From Mobula hypostoma (taxonomy: Eukaryota), in the NCBI RefSeq assembly GCF_963921235.1, contig NC_086097.1, forward strand, positions 215,204,001 to 215,268,000: a DNA stretch of 64,000 nt. Direction: 5' to 3'. The position numbers and the translations under genes were made by a program. The stretch's first letter is position 1; each line of letters begins with the position of its first letter. The notes beneath the pieces were generated by a model, which was given only the letters and a program-made list of their open reading frames with translations, was not told where the DNA came from and ran no database searches. This document shows positions 12,052 through 24,087 of this stretch, piece after piece.

Positions 12052-13675
12052 TGTCATAAGGGGGCGCTGGTGATGGACCCAAATGCAAGACACAGATACT
12101 GAGGTACTAGGAACAGGACAGGACTAGAGACTAGAGTTAGGGACATGACTGGATGCAGACTAGGGGCTGGGACAAGAACACAGACTTGGGCTAGGACATT
12201 GGCTAGGCAAGCAGGACCAGAACAAGGAACTGGGAACTAGGACCCTGGGCTTGGACTCCAAGCCAGAGACTGGATGAGGACCCAAAACCTGAGTCTTGAC
12301 TTGAGCTCGGATCCCGGAACTCGGCGAGGACATGATGTGGCTACAGGGCTGGACATGGCTTGGGTTCTTCACGGCTTGGGTACTTCATGGCTTGGGTACT
12401 TCGAGGCGAGGTCATGATGAGGCTTGAGTTTGGACTCCGAGCCAGAGTCTGGACAAGGATCCAGAACCTGGGTCTTGACTCAGGCTCAGACTCCGGAACT
12501 AGGCAAAGACATGACATGGTCTTGGGAGACAGGACTAGGCGAGGCTACAGGACGGAACGAGAGACTCCTGGGCAAGACGAGGGAACTCCAGTACAGGACG
12601 AGGGAACTCCAGCACAGGACGAGGCACATGGACAGGACGTGAACACGAAGCCTTGACTTGGTACTTAGGAACAGCCGAGCCTTTGACGTGGGACGACAGG
12701 AACCTCGGAACCTTGGATCTGGGACGACAGGAACACAGAACACAGAGCCTTGGTCTTGGGGAGGACAGGAACACAGAGCCTTGGTACAGAGCATGGGAAC
12801 ACGGAACTTGGACTTGAGATACAGGAACGCAGGGACATGTAACACAGAGCTGGGACCCCTCCTTGGGAACAGGACTTGGGGCCAGGACTCGTACACGGAA
12901 CACAGAGCCAGGACCCCTCCTTGGGAACAGGACTTGGAGCCGGGGCTCTACACAGAATGCTGAACACGTTGAGACGGTTCCCAACATTAGGTAGCGGCAA
13001 ATGGCCGGACCTACCAAGCGAAGGCGTGGACACAGGGAGAGACAGTTCCCAACACTAGGTAGCGGGAAATGGCCGGACCTACCAAGCGAAGGCGTGGACA
13101 CAGGGAGAGACAGTTCCCAACACTAGGTAGCGGGAAATGGCCGGACCTACCAAGCAAAGGCGTGGACACAGAGAGAGACGGTTCCCAACACTAGGTAGCG
13201 GCAAACGGCCAGACCTGCCTAGCCAAGGCATGGACACAGAGAAAGATGGTTCCCAACACTAGGTAGCGGCAAACGGCCAGACCTTCCTAGCCAAGGCATG
13301 GACACAGAGAAAGATGGTTCCCAACACCAGGTAGCGGCAAACAGCTGGATCTGCCAAGTGAAGGTGTGGAAAGAGAGAGAGAGACGGTTCCCAACACTAG
13401 GTAGTGGTAAGGCTCCAGACACAGGTTGCAGGCAAGGCTTCAGAAGGAAGGGGAAGGGAAGGGAACAGTCCAGCCTCAGGGTAATGGCAACGATGGCCTG
13501 GCTTACCCAATGGAGGCAAGGACAGGAAGAGACAGGTCCAACCGCAGGGTAACGGCAAAGACGGCCTGACTTACCCCACGGTGGCGAGGACAGGATACTG
13601 ACGAGACGAACCAGGAACTGCACTCGAACCCAGGGCCTCTTATATTCCCAGCCCCAAGACAAGCATCAGGTCTTG
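12052..13675 (-). mobile_element. LTR-like element with truncated U3 end, expanded by tandem repeats
   Basis: Minus strand ends tgtgtcttgcatttgggtcc...tatgaca, matching the 3' end of the solo LTR at 16580-17418; TATA-like tataag on minus near 13639-13644. Confidence 0.75.
12970..13410. repeat. 68-bp tandem array, about 6.5 copies
   Basis: ttcccaaca recurs at 12978, 13046, 13114, 13182, 13250, 13318 and 13388. Confidence 0.95.
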
Positions 13676-13881
13676 GGCACACATCCTTATTTCAGATGGA
13701 AGGTTAATGGAGCTAGAATTAACAGTGTGAATGTCAGGACATTCCTCTGCTGAATCTCAGTTAACAATTCCGTGTTCACAATTTGTGAAAGGATTGTATT
13801 CCTCAAACATGTTTTGTTAAGCAAAATTTTGTAAATCAAAAAAGAATTTCCCATTATTTCAGTATAAAAACTTAGTGTTCC

Positions 13882-14447
13882 AATAGACAATAGACAATAG
13901 ACAATAGCTGCAGGAGTAGGCCTTTCAGCCCTTCGAGCCAGCACCACCATTCACTGTGATCATGGCTGACCATCCACAATCAGTACCCTTTTCCTGCCTT
14001 CTCCCCATATCCCTTCACTCCACTATCTTTAAGAGCTCTATCTAACTCTTTTTTGAAAGAATCTGGAGATTTGGCCTCCACTGCCTTCTGAGGCAGAGCA
14101 TTCCACAGATCCACAACCCTCTGTGTGAAAAAGTTTTTCCTCAACTCCGTTCTAAATTGTCTACCCCTTATTCTTAAACTGTGGCCTCTGGTTCTGGACT
14201 CCCCCAACATCGGGAACATGTTTCCTGCCTCTAGCTTGTCCAATCCCCTAATAATCTTATATGTTTCAATCAGATATCCTCTCATCCTTCTAAATTCCAG
14301 TTGCCCCAATCTTTCAACATATGACAGTCCGTCCATCCTGGGAGTTAACCTTGTGAACCTACGCTGTACTCCCTCAATAGCTAGAATGTCCTTCCTCAAA
14401 TTTGAAGACCAAAACTGTACACAATATTCCAGGTGTGGTCTCACCAG
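13882..14447 (-). mobile_element. CR1 3' fragment (caataga tail)
   Basis: ORF 13980..14444 RPHLEYCVQFWS..KNFFTQRVV; same subfamily as 40804-44160. Confidence 0.93.
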
Positions 14448-15084
14448 AGTTCCAGAGTTCCAGAACTTAGCAATCTGAGTAAAATAAAAACCAAATAGAT
14501 AAGAATCTGAAATAATGAAATATCATTATAATAACTAAATCTTAGAGTAAGGTAATAATAAATACCCTCTTTCAGAGTTCCCACCAAGTGAAATATATAA
14601 AATCCTGAGTGACCCAAACTGTGTAGATTGCTCCTTTTGTGAAGGAGGATCACTGTTCAAAATAAGGGCTGGCACATTTTTGATAGAGATGAGACCCTCA
14701 GTACAGTAGATCCTTCATATTCGTTTGCTCTGAGGCAAATGGAGACAGAATCTCCTTTGTTGCAGGTTCTTGAAAAGTTACCATGATAGATGGGAATGCA
14801 GAGTTGAAGTTGCCATCAGCTCATTTTATTGAATAGTGGAAAGGGACTGAAGTCATGGGTGGTCTACCCCTACTCATAATTCTGATTAATTTCTCTCTCT
14901 CTCTCATATTATATATTATTTATACATATACACACATATTTATACATATATAGAAATATGATAGTGGTGTAGGGGTGTCGGTACGTCAAGAGTCTCAGCC
15001 TGAACATCGACTGTTTATTCCTCTCCACAGATGCTGCCTGACCTGCTGAGTTCCTAATGCTTGGAAAATGATGCTGTTGATGCA

Positions 15085-15617
15085 AATTAATAAACTTAAA
15101 TTGGTTTACTATTGCCACTTGTACCAAGGTCCAGTGAAATGTTTACACATTACATCTTGATAGCACAAGAGAAAAGCAATAAGGGAATGCAGAATCTAGT
15201 GTTACATTAACTGAGGGTGTGCAGAGAAGGCAGAAGTCCGGTGTAAGATCATTTTGAGAGACTGTGAGGTCAAGAGTCCATCTTACCTTACAAAAAGTTG
15301 ATTCAATAGTCTTATAACAATGGAATAGAAGCTGTCCTTAAGTCTTGTAGTGTTTTCAGACTTTTGTATCTGCTGCTCATTGTGATGGGGAAGGAATAAC
15401 CAGCTTTAGTAGACGCACACAGAAAGCATCCTACCTGGATGCTTTGTAGCTTGGTATGACAACCATTTTGCCCAAGACTGCAAGAAACTGCAGAGCTGTG
15501 AACACAGCTCAGCACATCATGAAAACCTCCATAGCAAGTCTTGCCTCCATAGCCTCTGTCCATACTTCTAGGTGCCTTGGCAAAGCAACCAGCATAATCA
15601 AATACCTCTGCCACACC
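15085..15617. mobile_element. Rex1/Babar 3' fragment (minus) with an inverted upstream segment (15403-15617, plus)
   Basis: Minus GYSFP..SRYKSLK; plus agaaagcatcct..ataatcaaatacctctgccacacc. Confidence 0.7.
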
Positions 15618-16579
15618 AGACAACAGAGCATGATGGAGTTTGTGACATTGAGGACAACGAACAGTGATTTTGCTAATGATGAGCAGGACTCTGTTTTCCA
15701 GGTCATCCTTGTGCAGTATGGCTCCGTGAGAGAAATGATGTTGGCTTGGTAGATCAGTGCTGTTGTCTGGGAGTTTTGTTAGGATTGCTGTACCCTGCAA
15801 GTTTGGGCTTTGAGTATCACTTCAGTGCTCTATAGATCCCTCAGTGACAGGTATAGCAATCCTACTCTAGGAGGAAGAGGAAGGCAATCTTCAGATGCCT
15901 TAAAACTTGGAACAGTTTCCCATTCTTCAAGATGAACATGGACGAAAGTATTCCTTTTCACAGGAACAGTGTCTCATCTATGTTAAACATCTCCTGTGGA
16001 AAGTAGCCCCCTCCTCAATGGTTACAGCTCCATGGGAAGTATTTCTGCTGCCTCACTTGCTGCCTGGCCCCAAGAAAAGTATTATGCAGTTTTCCCGGTT
16101 TCTCGAAATATTTAAGGCTGCCATGGGTGGCCTTGGACATATCAACTCTTTCAAAGGATCCATAAGAGTCCTCACATCTTTTCAGGTCTTGCCATTAATG
16201 ATTACATTTTCCCATTATCAAACCCAAAAGTTCTCATCATTGATGTTGAGTCTTCTAATTACATGCTCACCCATTTTCTATTCTTTCCTTAATAGTATTG
16301 AATTCACTTCCAGCAGTTCCTTTTGAAGATTGTTAAAGATTAGTCAACACTGTAAATATCTCATTCGCTTTGTCCTAATATTTAACAAATATTCATATGT
16401 GTTGAGAGATTAAGATATGCTCTGACATTTTTCAAAGAATATCTCTTAATGAACAGCTATCTAGAAGTGCTCAACTTTTTCACTTCTTTTCATTTTATCC
16501 AGCTTGATATTATAGTTCATGCTTTGCTGTGATTTCTTAAGGAGATGTTACCCTTAGAATTTAGAAGCCACCTTGTAGG

Positions 16580-17418
16580 TGTCATGGTCCGGATTGGGTT
16601 TCCCTTTAAATTTACTTTGTTTGTGTTACGATCCGGACCATTGACTCCCTCTTTCCCTTTGGTTCCCTGTTTTCCCGTGTCCCTCAGGCTTGGTGATTCG
16701 AGGCAATTTACTTTCGGCTGAACCAGCATTTATAAGTTTCCGACTTTCAGCCGTTCGGTGCGAGAGTGTTAATAAAGTCACCGAAGGTACTGCAAACCAA
16801 TGTCATCTGGCCAGAGCAAGTCTAGTCTCCTCCCGAAGCAAGTGCCAGCAAGCCGCCTTCCCTTGTCAAAGTGGGTCAGTCAAAGTTAACCCGCCGGTGT
16901 GAGTCAAGAGCTCGCTGCTGCTTGGAGCGTACTTGTGCCCAGTTATAGTACTGTCCATCATTGTGTGGTCTCCGTATCCATGTCCCGTGTCTAAAAGGCG
17001 TCCTGGCCCTGTACCCTGGAAGGGTCCTGACCCTGTGTCAAGAAGAGTTCTGACTCTGTCCTGTGTCTAAGGAGGATTCCCGGCTCAATGTTTTCTGTCC
17101 TCTGTCTGAGTCTGTCCCGTGAATAAGAAGATTTCCTGGCTCCGGAGGCTTCAAGTATCAAGTCCTGGCCCTGGAGGCTTCAAGTATCAAGTCCTGGCTC
17201 TGAGGTCCGTGTTCCGAGTCCTGGCTGCGAGGTCCGTGTTCCGAGTCCTAGCCCAGACCCTTAGTCCCAGCCTAGTCCAGGGCCTGAGTCCTTGTCCATT
17301 AAGCTATTTCTGCTTCTGCTTTGCTCTCCTTGTAACGAACAATAAACTCAGTTCACTTAACCTCATAAGACGTGTTTGTGTCTTGCATTTAGGTCCGCTC
17401 CCAGCTCACATTGTGACA
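16580..17418 (+). mobile_element. Solo LTR (839 bp) with 5-bp TSD
   Basis: tgtca...tgaca termini; gtagg duplicated at 16575-16579 and 17419-17423; tataa near 16731; aataaa at 17341. Confidence 0.93.
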
Positions 17419-18724
17419 GTAGGAGGCACAGAATTAATTCTGATGAATCCCAATAACAACATAAGGCAACAATAAGGCATTACAATGCCAAAGAAGTCAA
17501 AATGGTAGGAGAAAGAAGTACTGCACAAAATACAACATATGCAAATATTGGTGAAATTTTCATTATGTGCAGATAGCTTTGTAAGTCCAGAATATGTACA
17601 GTAAACACTTAATGGGAATAGCTGAAATTTGAAAAGAAAGGCTGCCCGCAGAGACACAAAGTGTTATAGTCCTTCCTATTAAAATATTGCCTCTAAAATG
17701 GGAAATATCAGAGTATTTTATTCTGTTTTGTTCCAATTTTATTCAACTCCCCAAAGCACATCCAGAAAAATGTGGACAATAAAACTGCATTGCTTATAGT
17801 GAACAGTAGAGGGAGCTGGCATCCCTACTATACATGATAGGAGTGCTGTAGGTTAATTAGAGTTTAAACAAAAGGCTTGTGAAAATCAGACAGAAGCTGT
17901 ATGTACTGGAAGTCTAAAACAAAAGCAGAAAATGCTCAGCAGGTCAGGCTGCATCTGTGGGAAGAGAAACAGAATCAATGCTTCAGGTTGGAGACCTGCC
18001 AAATATTTCCAGCACATTCTGTTTTTGTAATAGTTTTGCTAATCTCAGGTTGAATCAAGGTGGTTGGGTTAGATGGGTTAGCAGGGCTAGCTGGTAAGTG
18101 AAGATATGTGACCTAACTCATTCCTAGGTATGCAAAATGCTTCCAAACCCGTAGAGAATGTAAGTGTTTGAGTTATCTTCAGGTTTATTCATTATTATAA
18201 TTATTTTGTTGAGATTTAATATCCTTCATTAATTTTAAACTTTTTGAAATATTTTAGTTATATCAATTTGTTTAAATATTTTGAATAATTTTAAACTTTT
18301 TCTATCAGAAATATTTAAAGCCTGTTCAAAAGCTTTGAGTTGTCAAAAGGTTTCAAAGGACATCTCAGATGGGGTTTCTGGATCTGACTTCTGAGGCTAA
18401 GTCACTGCTTGAAATCCTCTATATTCTTCAGGATGCCTGAGATGGGCAGAATGCCAGTCCTTTGGCTCCCTGCATACAGAGAAACTAAATGCAAACATCA
18501 TGGTATCAGTAGGTCCAGCAAGATTCATTGCAATAAAATTGGAAAGCTGAACACATTTATGTGATAATGCTCTGCCTGTATTATTTGTGACATCAATCCC
18601 CTACTGAACAATTGAATGCAAAGGATTATATTATAATTTTGCCTGCTAATAATACTATGAATGGGTCAGTAGAGATGTTGTCTCATAGCTCCAGCTGATG
18701 AAAAGCAGCACTTGAGATAAGGGC

Positions 18725-19365
18725 TTAAGACATAGGAGCAGAATCAGGCCATTTGGCCCATCGTGTCTGCTTCACCATTCCATCATGGTCGATTTATTAT
18801 CCCGCTCAATCTCATCCTCCTGTCTTCTCCCCATAACCCTTGACACCCTGACTAATCAAGAATCTTTCAGCCAACACACACAAAATGCTGGTGGAACGCA
18901 GCAGACCAAGCAGCATCTATAGGAAGAAGTACAGTCGACGTTTCGTGCCGAGACCCTTCATCAGGACTACAATCTATCAACCTCTGCTTTAAATATACCA
19001 AATGGCTTGACCTCCATAGCCATTTATGGCAATGAATTCCATAAATTCACCACCTTCTGGCGAAAGAAATTCCTTCCCATCTCTGTTCTAAAGGGTCGTC
19101 CTTGTATTCTGAGGTTGTGTCCTCTGGTCCTAGACTTCCCCACCATAGGAAACATCCTCTCCACGTCCACTCTATCTAGGCTTTTCAATATTTGATAGGT
19201 TTCAGAGAGATCACACCGTCCCCATTCTTCCAAACTCCAGCGAGTGCCCGGAGCCTGGAACGCTTCTCATAAGTTAACCCTTTCATTCTTGTGATCATTA
19301 TCGTGAGCTTCCTCCGGACCCTCTCCAATGCAAGCACATCCTTTCTTAGGTAAGGAGCCCAAAGA
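18725..19365 (-). mobile_element. Degenerate CR1 3' fragment, interrupted at 18870-18970
   Basis: WAPYLRKDVLALERV and RMFPMVGKSRTRGHNL motifs. Confidence 0.88.
18933..18968 (-). ncRNA. Minimal type-I hammerhead ribozyme motif (PLE-associated)
   Basis: Minus strand AGUC CUGAUGA A GGGU CUCG GCAC GAAA CG UC GACU; core intact, one stem II mismatch. Confidence 0.8.
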
Positions 19366-20004
19366 CAGAGGGAATTGAAGAAAAGACCATTGGTTGGTTG
19401 AAGGATGGAGGAGGATGAAAAGTGACAGCAAAAGCTGGCCATTTATTAGCAAAACACAAACTGCTGGACGAACTCAATGGGTCGAGCAGCATCCTGAAAC
19501 AGGGTTTTGATCCACATGTAGCTGATAAAGCTCACAATCCTGGCATTGTATTAAAGGCACTTGAAGTCAATGATTTTAATGGAGGGAAGGAGTAATATGA
19601 GAGCTGGAAAGGGTGGAATGAAAACTGAGGTGTCAATATATAAATGACTGGGGGAGGCTGTAAGTGAAATTTGGCCAAATAGAAAATGAGTTGAAGTTGC
19701 TTATCATTCTCAGGTCACGTTAGTCAGCAGAGGGAGTGGCATGCTGGCAATTGAGAATGTGGAACATTTCATTCGTCTTCTCTTCATACTATATTTTTGT
19801 TGGTTCCACAGACAGCTTTATATCCTTTACAGGATCTTTTCAAACCCCACTAGCATTTTTTCTGCCTTTCTCACGACCACAGAAGGCCCACTTCCATGGA
19901 CAGTGTCACCTTTTCAATGTGGTGACTTCTTCAGTGGATGCTTAGTGAGTTTTTGGGGTGGTGGGTGGAAGAGACTATCAGGGAGTAGGGAACCATAGTC
20001 CATG

Positions 20005-20440
20005 GGTGTATTGCATTATAGTAGCTTCGTTTGTCACATGTACATCGAAAGATACGACATTCGTCGTTTCTGTCAATACCAACGCAGTCCGAGGATGTGC
20101 TGGAGGCAGTCCGGAAGTGTTGGCCATGCTTCTGTCGCCAACATAGCATGTCTACAACGAATTAACTCTAACCCGTACATTCGTTACAATATGGGGGGGG
20201 GGGAACTGATGTGACAGAAAGTTGATCTAAGCAGTGTATAAAATGAATAGGGTAGGCAGGGTAAATGGGGTAAACTTGACTAAAGAGAAGGTGAGTTGAA
20301 GTCATTTATCATGTGCTCGTCTTGGTGGGAGCCCATGCAGTCGTGGAGAGAACCTACAAACCCCTACAGATAGCAGCAGGATTGAAGCCAGATCACTGGT
20401 GTTGTAAAGCATTACTCTAACCACTATGTTACTGTGCCCA
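20005..20440 (-). mobile_element. V-SINE-like element with a ~120-bp insert near 20200-20320
   Basis: Minus strand head gggcacagtaacatagtggttagag..ggcttcaatcc, then gtaggggtttgtaggttctctccacgactgcatggg; shares atgctatgttggcg with the 8466 copy. Confidence 0.65.
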
Positions 20441-20539
20441 AGACAAGGTCCCCAATGCCGAAGTCCTCTCTCGAGCCAGAATGCCAGCAGTTTCAACCTT
20501 GGTGATGCCAACCCAACTGTGCTGGGCAGGACGTGTTAA

Positions 20540-20666
20540 ACATAGGACATAGAATAGTACAGCACAGTACAGGCCCTTCGGCCCACAATGCCGTGCCGAC
20601 CCTAAAAGCCCTGCTTCCCATATAACCCCCCCCCACCTTAAATTCCTCCATATACCTGTCTAGTAG
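20540..20666 (-). mobile_element. CR1 3' UTR fragment (subfamily of 45975-47470)
   Basis: Near-identical to 45975-46096. Confidence 0.9.
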
Positions 20667-20989
20667 CCTCAAGAAAGCTGACATTGCCCCATCAACATGG
20701 GAGGATCTGGCTCAAGATCGCTCACCCTGGAGGGACGCCATCAGAAAAGGCGTGGACGCTGCTGAGAAGAGGCTCAACGAGGCAATGGAGGAAAGGCCCA
20801 GGAAGCGGCACAACAGAGCTTCTGCCCCTGCTGCCCCTCCAGGCCTCACCTGCCAAGTATGTGGCAAGCAGTGCCTGTCAAGGATCGGCCTGTACACCCT
20901 CACCAGAATGCACATATCAAACCCCACTAACTGACTGAAAGGAACCATCACTATCTTCTGGGATGGAGAGAGAGAGATGGAGAGAGAGA

Positions 20990-21042
<53 letters not shown>
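20667..21042 (+). mobile_element. RTE-clade LINE 3' end with a C-terminal zinc-finger remnant and (GA)n tail
   Basis: Open frame LKKADIAPSTWEDLAQDRSPWRDAIRKG..LTCQVCGKQCLSRIGLY..H. Confidence 0.8.
20966..21042. repeat. (GA)n microsatellite
   Basis: Direct reading. Confidence 0.98.
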
Positions 21043-21044
<2 letters not shown>

Positions 21045-21619
21045 ATAGTAACCCGTCCTCAAGCGACTTCCATATATAGCTCACAAGCAGTAATTGGTTT
21101 TAAAGTTACAAGTGCCGCTACACAAACAAATACTGCTGTCTGAGTGGGGAATAGACTACCAGTTCACAGTAAATTACCACTTAAGAGATACTCTTTGGAA
21201 ATTGACAACACAAATCATAATCTCTCAATACCTGCATAAAGATATCTGCTAAATATTGGAGCAGAGCAAATGAGCCATACTCATATCCATTGACCCAATG
21301 CATGGAGGTATGTTAAAAGTGTCATGTCACAAACCCTGACACAACCACATTCAGAGACATCCATTGATACTGAGATTAATAGGTGAATGTCAGGCACTAG
21401 AAGCAGCATCAGACATCTTGAGCAAATATATTTTGCACTATTGTGACACAGATGAAGAGAATCCTGTGGGTACAGTCCTAAAAAGTGATCAAAGGAGATT
21501 TCAGACTGGCAAATTTTTCACCTGGCAGAGCAAACATGGCTATAGTGATATTTGTTGTATCAATCAATACTTGGGGTATTGGTGTATACAGTGAACCACT
21601 CCTTACAATACTGTGGTAT

Positions 21620-21965
21620 AAAAGTAAAGTAAACTAAATTTTATTATTTAAGTACATATATGTCACCATATACAACTCCAAGATTCATTTTCTTGTGGGC
21701 ATAGACAACAAATGTATTAAACAGTAACTATAACAGAATCAATGAATTGTCGTCAAACTAGGATGTTCAACCAAAGTGAAGAAGACAACAAAATGTGCAA
21801 ATACAAAAAGAAGAAATAACAATATAAATAAATAACCAATAAATATAAAGAACATGAGATGAAGAGTCCTTGAAAGTGAGTCCATAGGTTGTGAGAACAT
21901 TTCCATAATGGGGCAAGTGAAGTTGAGTGAAGTTATCTCCTTTATTCAAGAGCCTGATGATTGAG
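21620..21965 (-). mobile_element. Rex1/Babar 3' UTR fragment
   Basis: Homologous to 44190-44385 and 40690-40800. Confidence 0.7.
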
Positions 21966-23599
21966 TCATTGAGGAAGATGTTTGGGTTTTGTCCTTGGTA
22001 GCTTCTGAAATATCAATGTGAATAACCTGATTTCAGCAAAAGACACTTGAATATTTACAGATGATCGCATCTTTTAAGCATTCTCTCAATGTAAATTGAT
22101 AAATCTATGTAATCATTTGTTCTCTCCCAAAATATTAAGATAAGTTATGCATTATAACTATTTATATTTGACCAGCTGTTACTATCTCTGTACCTAAAAG
22201 CTTTTAAAAACTCTGTGAGTTCTGAAAGATTATTTTACCTAGTCTCACCCAGATATTTGCTTCTGGTGAATAAAGACTTGGTACATTTACGGCTCCAGAC
22301 TCCAAGCGGTTCTTTCAAAGCAACAGAAATGGAGGAAAACTGCATCCAAATCCAATCCTCCCCAGCTCTTCAATTCAAATCTCCCAGCAGCCAAGTGGGA
22401 ATGTGTCTAAAATTTTCTATGCCTTGAACTCTACTGTTAGAAGATCAATTAAACTAGAACAGGCTAAGCATCAAACCAACAATAGACTTGGTTTGTGCAG
22501 CTCAGTACCACACTGGCCCTGTACCTACTTACTGAACTATGAAAGTATTTTAAATGAGCTATCAAATCATTATATTACTGCTTATCCCACTGTCAAGAAA
22601 GGTCATTCTTAGCTGAGGATTTGCTTGTAGACATAACAAATCATTTCTGCTGCAATGGGAGATTCTAACTCTATTAAAAGGTGAAAGGAATAACATTCAA
22701 TTTATTCATTTGACACTTATAGGCTTTTATGGGCTGCTATTAAATGAAGGTGTTTATAATCCACTTACAGTATTTCTTATGATAAGGAGCCATATAAAGG
22801 AAGCACTTCTCCTTATCCGTAAAAGTTACCTAAAAATTGACTTAAAATTTAGTTTGATTGCTGAAACAAGCCATCTGATGAAAATAACTTCGAAGACTAA
22901 CTTAATAACACTTCTAATTTTACACAGAAAATCATCGTCTCCCACATAACCAGATAGATTTTGAGGATGAACACTTGATGCTCCCCCTCTGAGATAGCTG
23001 GTCTACCAGGTTCCCAGTACACACCAAGCTGTTAAGTGTGTTCTGTGTGCTGAGCACGGCATATACTCACATGCATCACACAGTAACAGGGGTGAGACAC
23101 CTGGCCATGAGCCAGTTTCACAATAAAACATGAGTGCTCTTTATGCATACAAGTTTGCCTAACTCTAGATGGCAGCTATCTTATTTGAGGCCTCAACAAG
23201 TTAAAACAAATTTGAAGTAAAATGAACAAATCTGGAGAAGTTGTAAAGGTTCCCACTACTGGTTTTCCACTATATTAGTATTAATACTAAATATAGGCAT
23301 ATATTTTGTATATATTACTGGACTATGAACTATGGACATTTTTTAGTCTTTTTATTTAATATTCTGTGCTTTCTCCCTTTCTTTCTCTTTTTTTTGTGAA
23401 TTGATGTTCTTGTGGTTTCTTGTGCAGTGGGAGAGGTGTCTGGAGGGGGCTAGGTGTCAATCTTGTTGTGTTTTTTTGTTAGTTTCTTTGTGCGGGGAGA
23501 GGGGGATTTGGAGGGCGATTTTCTTTTGCGTTTTGTGTGGGGGAGTGGGTTTGGGGGTCACTGTTATTGTTGCATTTTTGTTTTTTTTTTGTGCGGGCA

Positions 23600-23760
23600 C
23601 AAATGATCCATCTCCAACTCCTCAACGCAGTCTGTTAGAAGCTGCAGCTGGATGCACTTCTTGCAGGTGTAGTGGTCATGGGCACTGAAGATCTCCCCCT
23701 GCCTTTCCACATCCTGCAAGAGGAGATTCCACTATCCTGCCTGACATCCCCACTGCTCGA
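23600..23760 (-). mobile_element. CR1 ORF1 N-terminal zinc-finger remnant
   Basis: Minus strand SSCRMW and HYTCKKCIQLQLLTDCVEELE, homologous to the start of ORF1 at 30943. Confidence 0.65.
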
Positions 23761-24087
23761 AATAAAGAAAAGAAAGAATAAATAAACAATGAAAAAAAAA
23801 TCTCTGAGCGTTGGTGATTTAAAAACCGCTGAAATGGCTTTCAATAAGTAAACAAAAATAATTAAAACAAAATTAAGAATAAGACAATAATGAGGATTGG
23901 ACCACGTGGGCCCTCAAACTAGACTTAGAACATGACTTCAATGCACACACCGGACTGATCCCCATAACCTTCGATCTTCATTAGATTAAAATCTCTCCAC
24001 CTTGACCTTGAATATATTCATTGACTTGAACGCCACAACCTTGAAGCGGACAAAGGTACACTCCCATGGCTGGAAGAGAGGTAAATG

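Noticed and set aside
12972..13010. ggttcccaa resembles part of a twister ribozyme core
   Set aside because: The flanking helix and pseudoknot partners could not be found
12970..13410. Regular array resembling CRISPR
   Set aside because: Whole units repeat with no unique spacers, the context is eukaryotic and there are no cas genes
12160..13662. Many overlapping ORFs on both strands
   Set aside because: By-products of GC-rich tandem repeats with no protein motifs
14985..15055. PLE terminal fragments here and near 3510, 17930, 19460, 51705 and 54810 as ribozymes
   Set aside because: The CUGANGA or GAAA core is mutated or missing, so they were not called as ncRNA
15907..16326. 139-aa ORF
   Set aside because: TTG start, no recognisable domain and no supporting splice structure
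20712..21062. 116-aa SL-repeat ORF
   Set aside because: Translation of the (GA)n microsatellite and antisense RTE
23029..23089. Imperfect hairpin resembling a pre-miRNA
   Set aside because: Several bulges, TG/CA-rich low complexity and no recognisable mature miRNA
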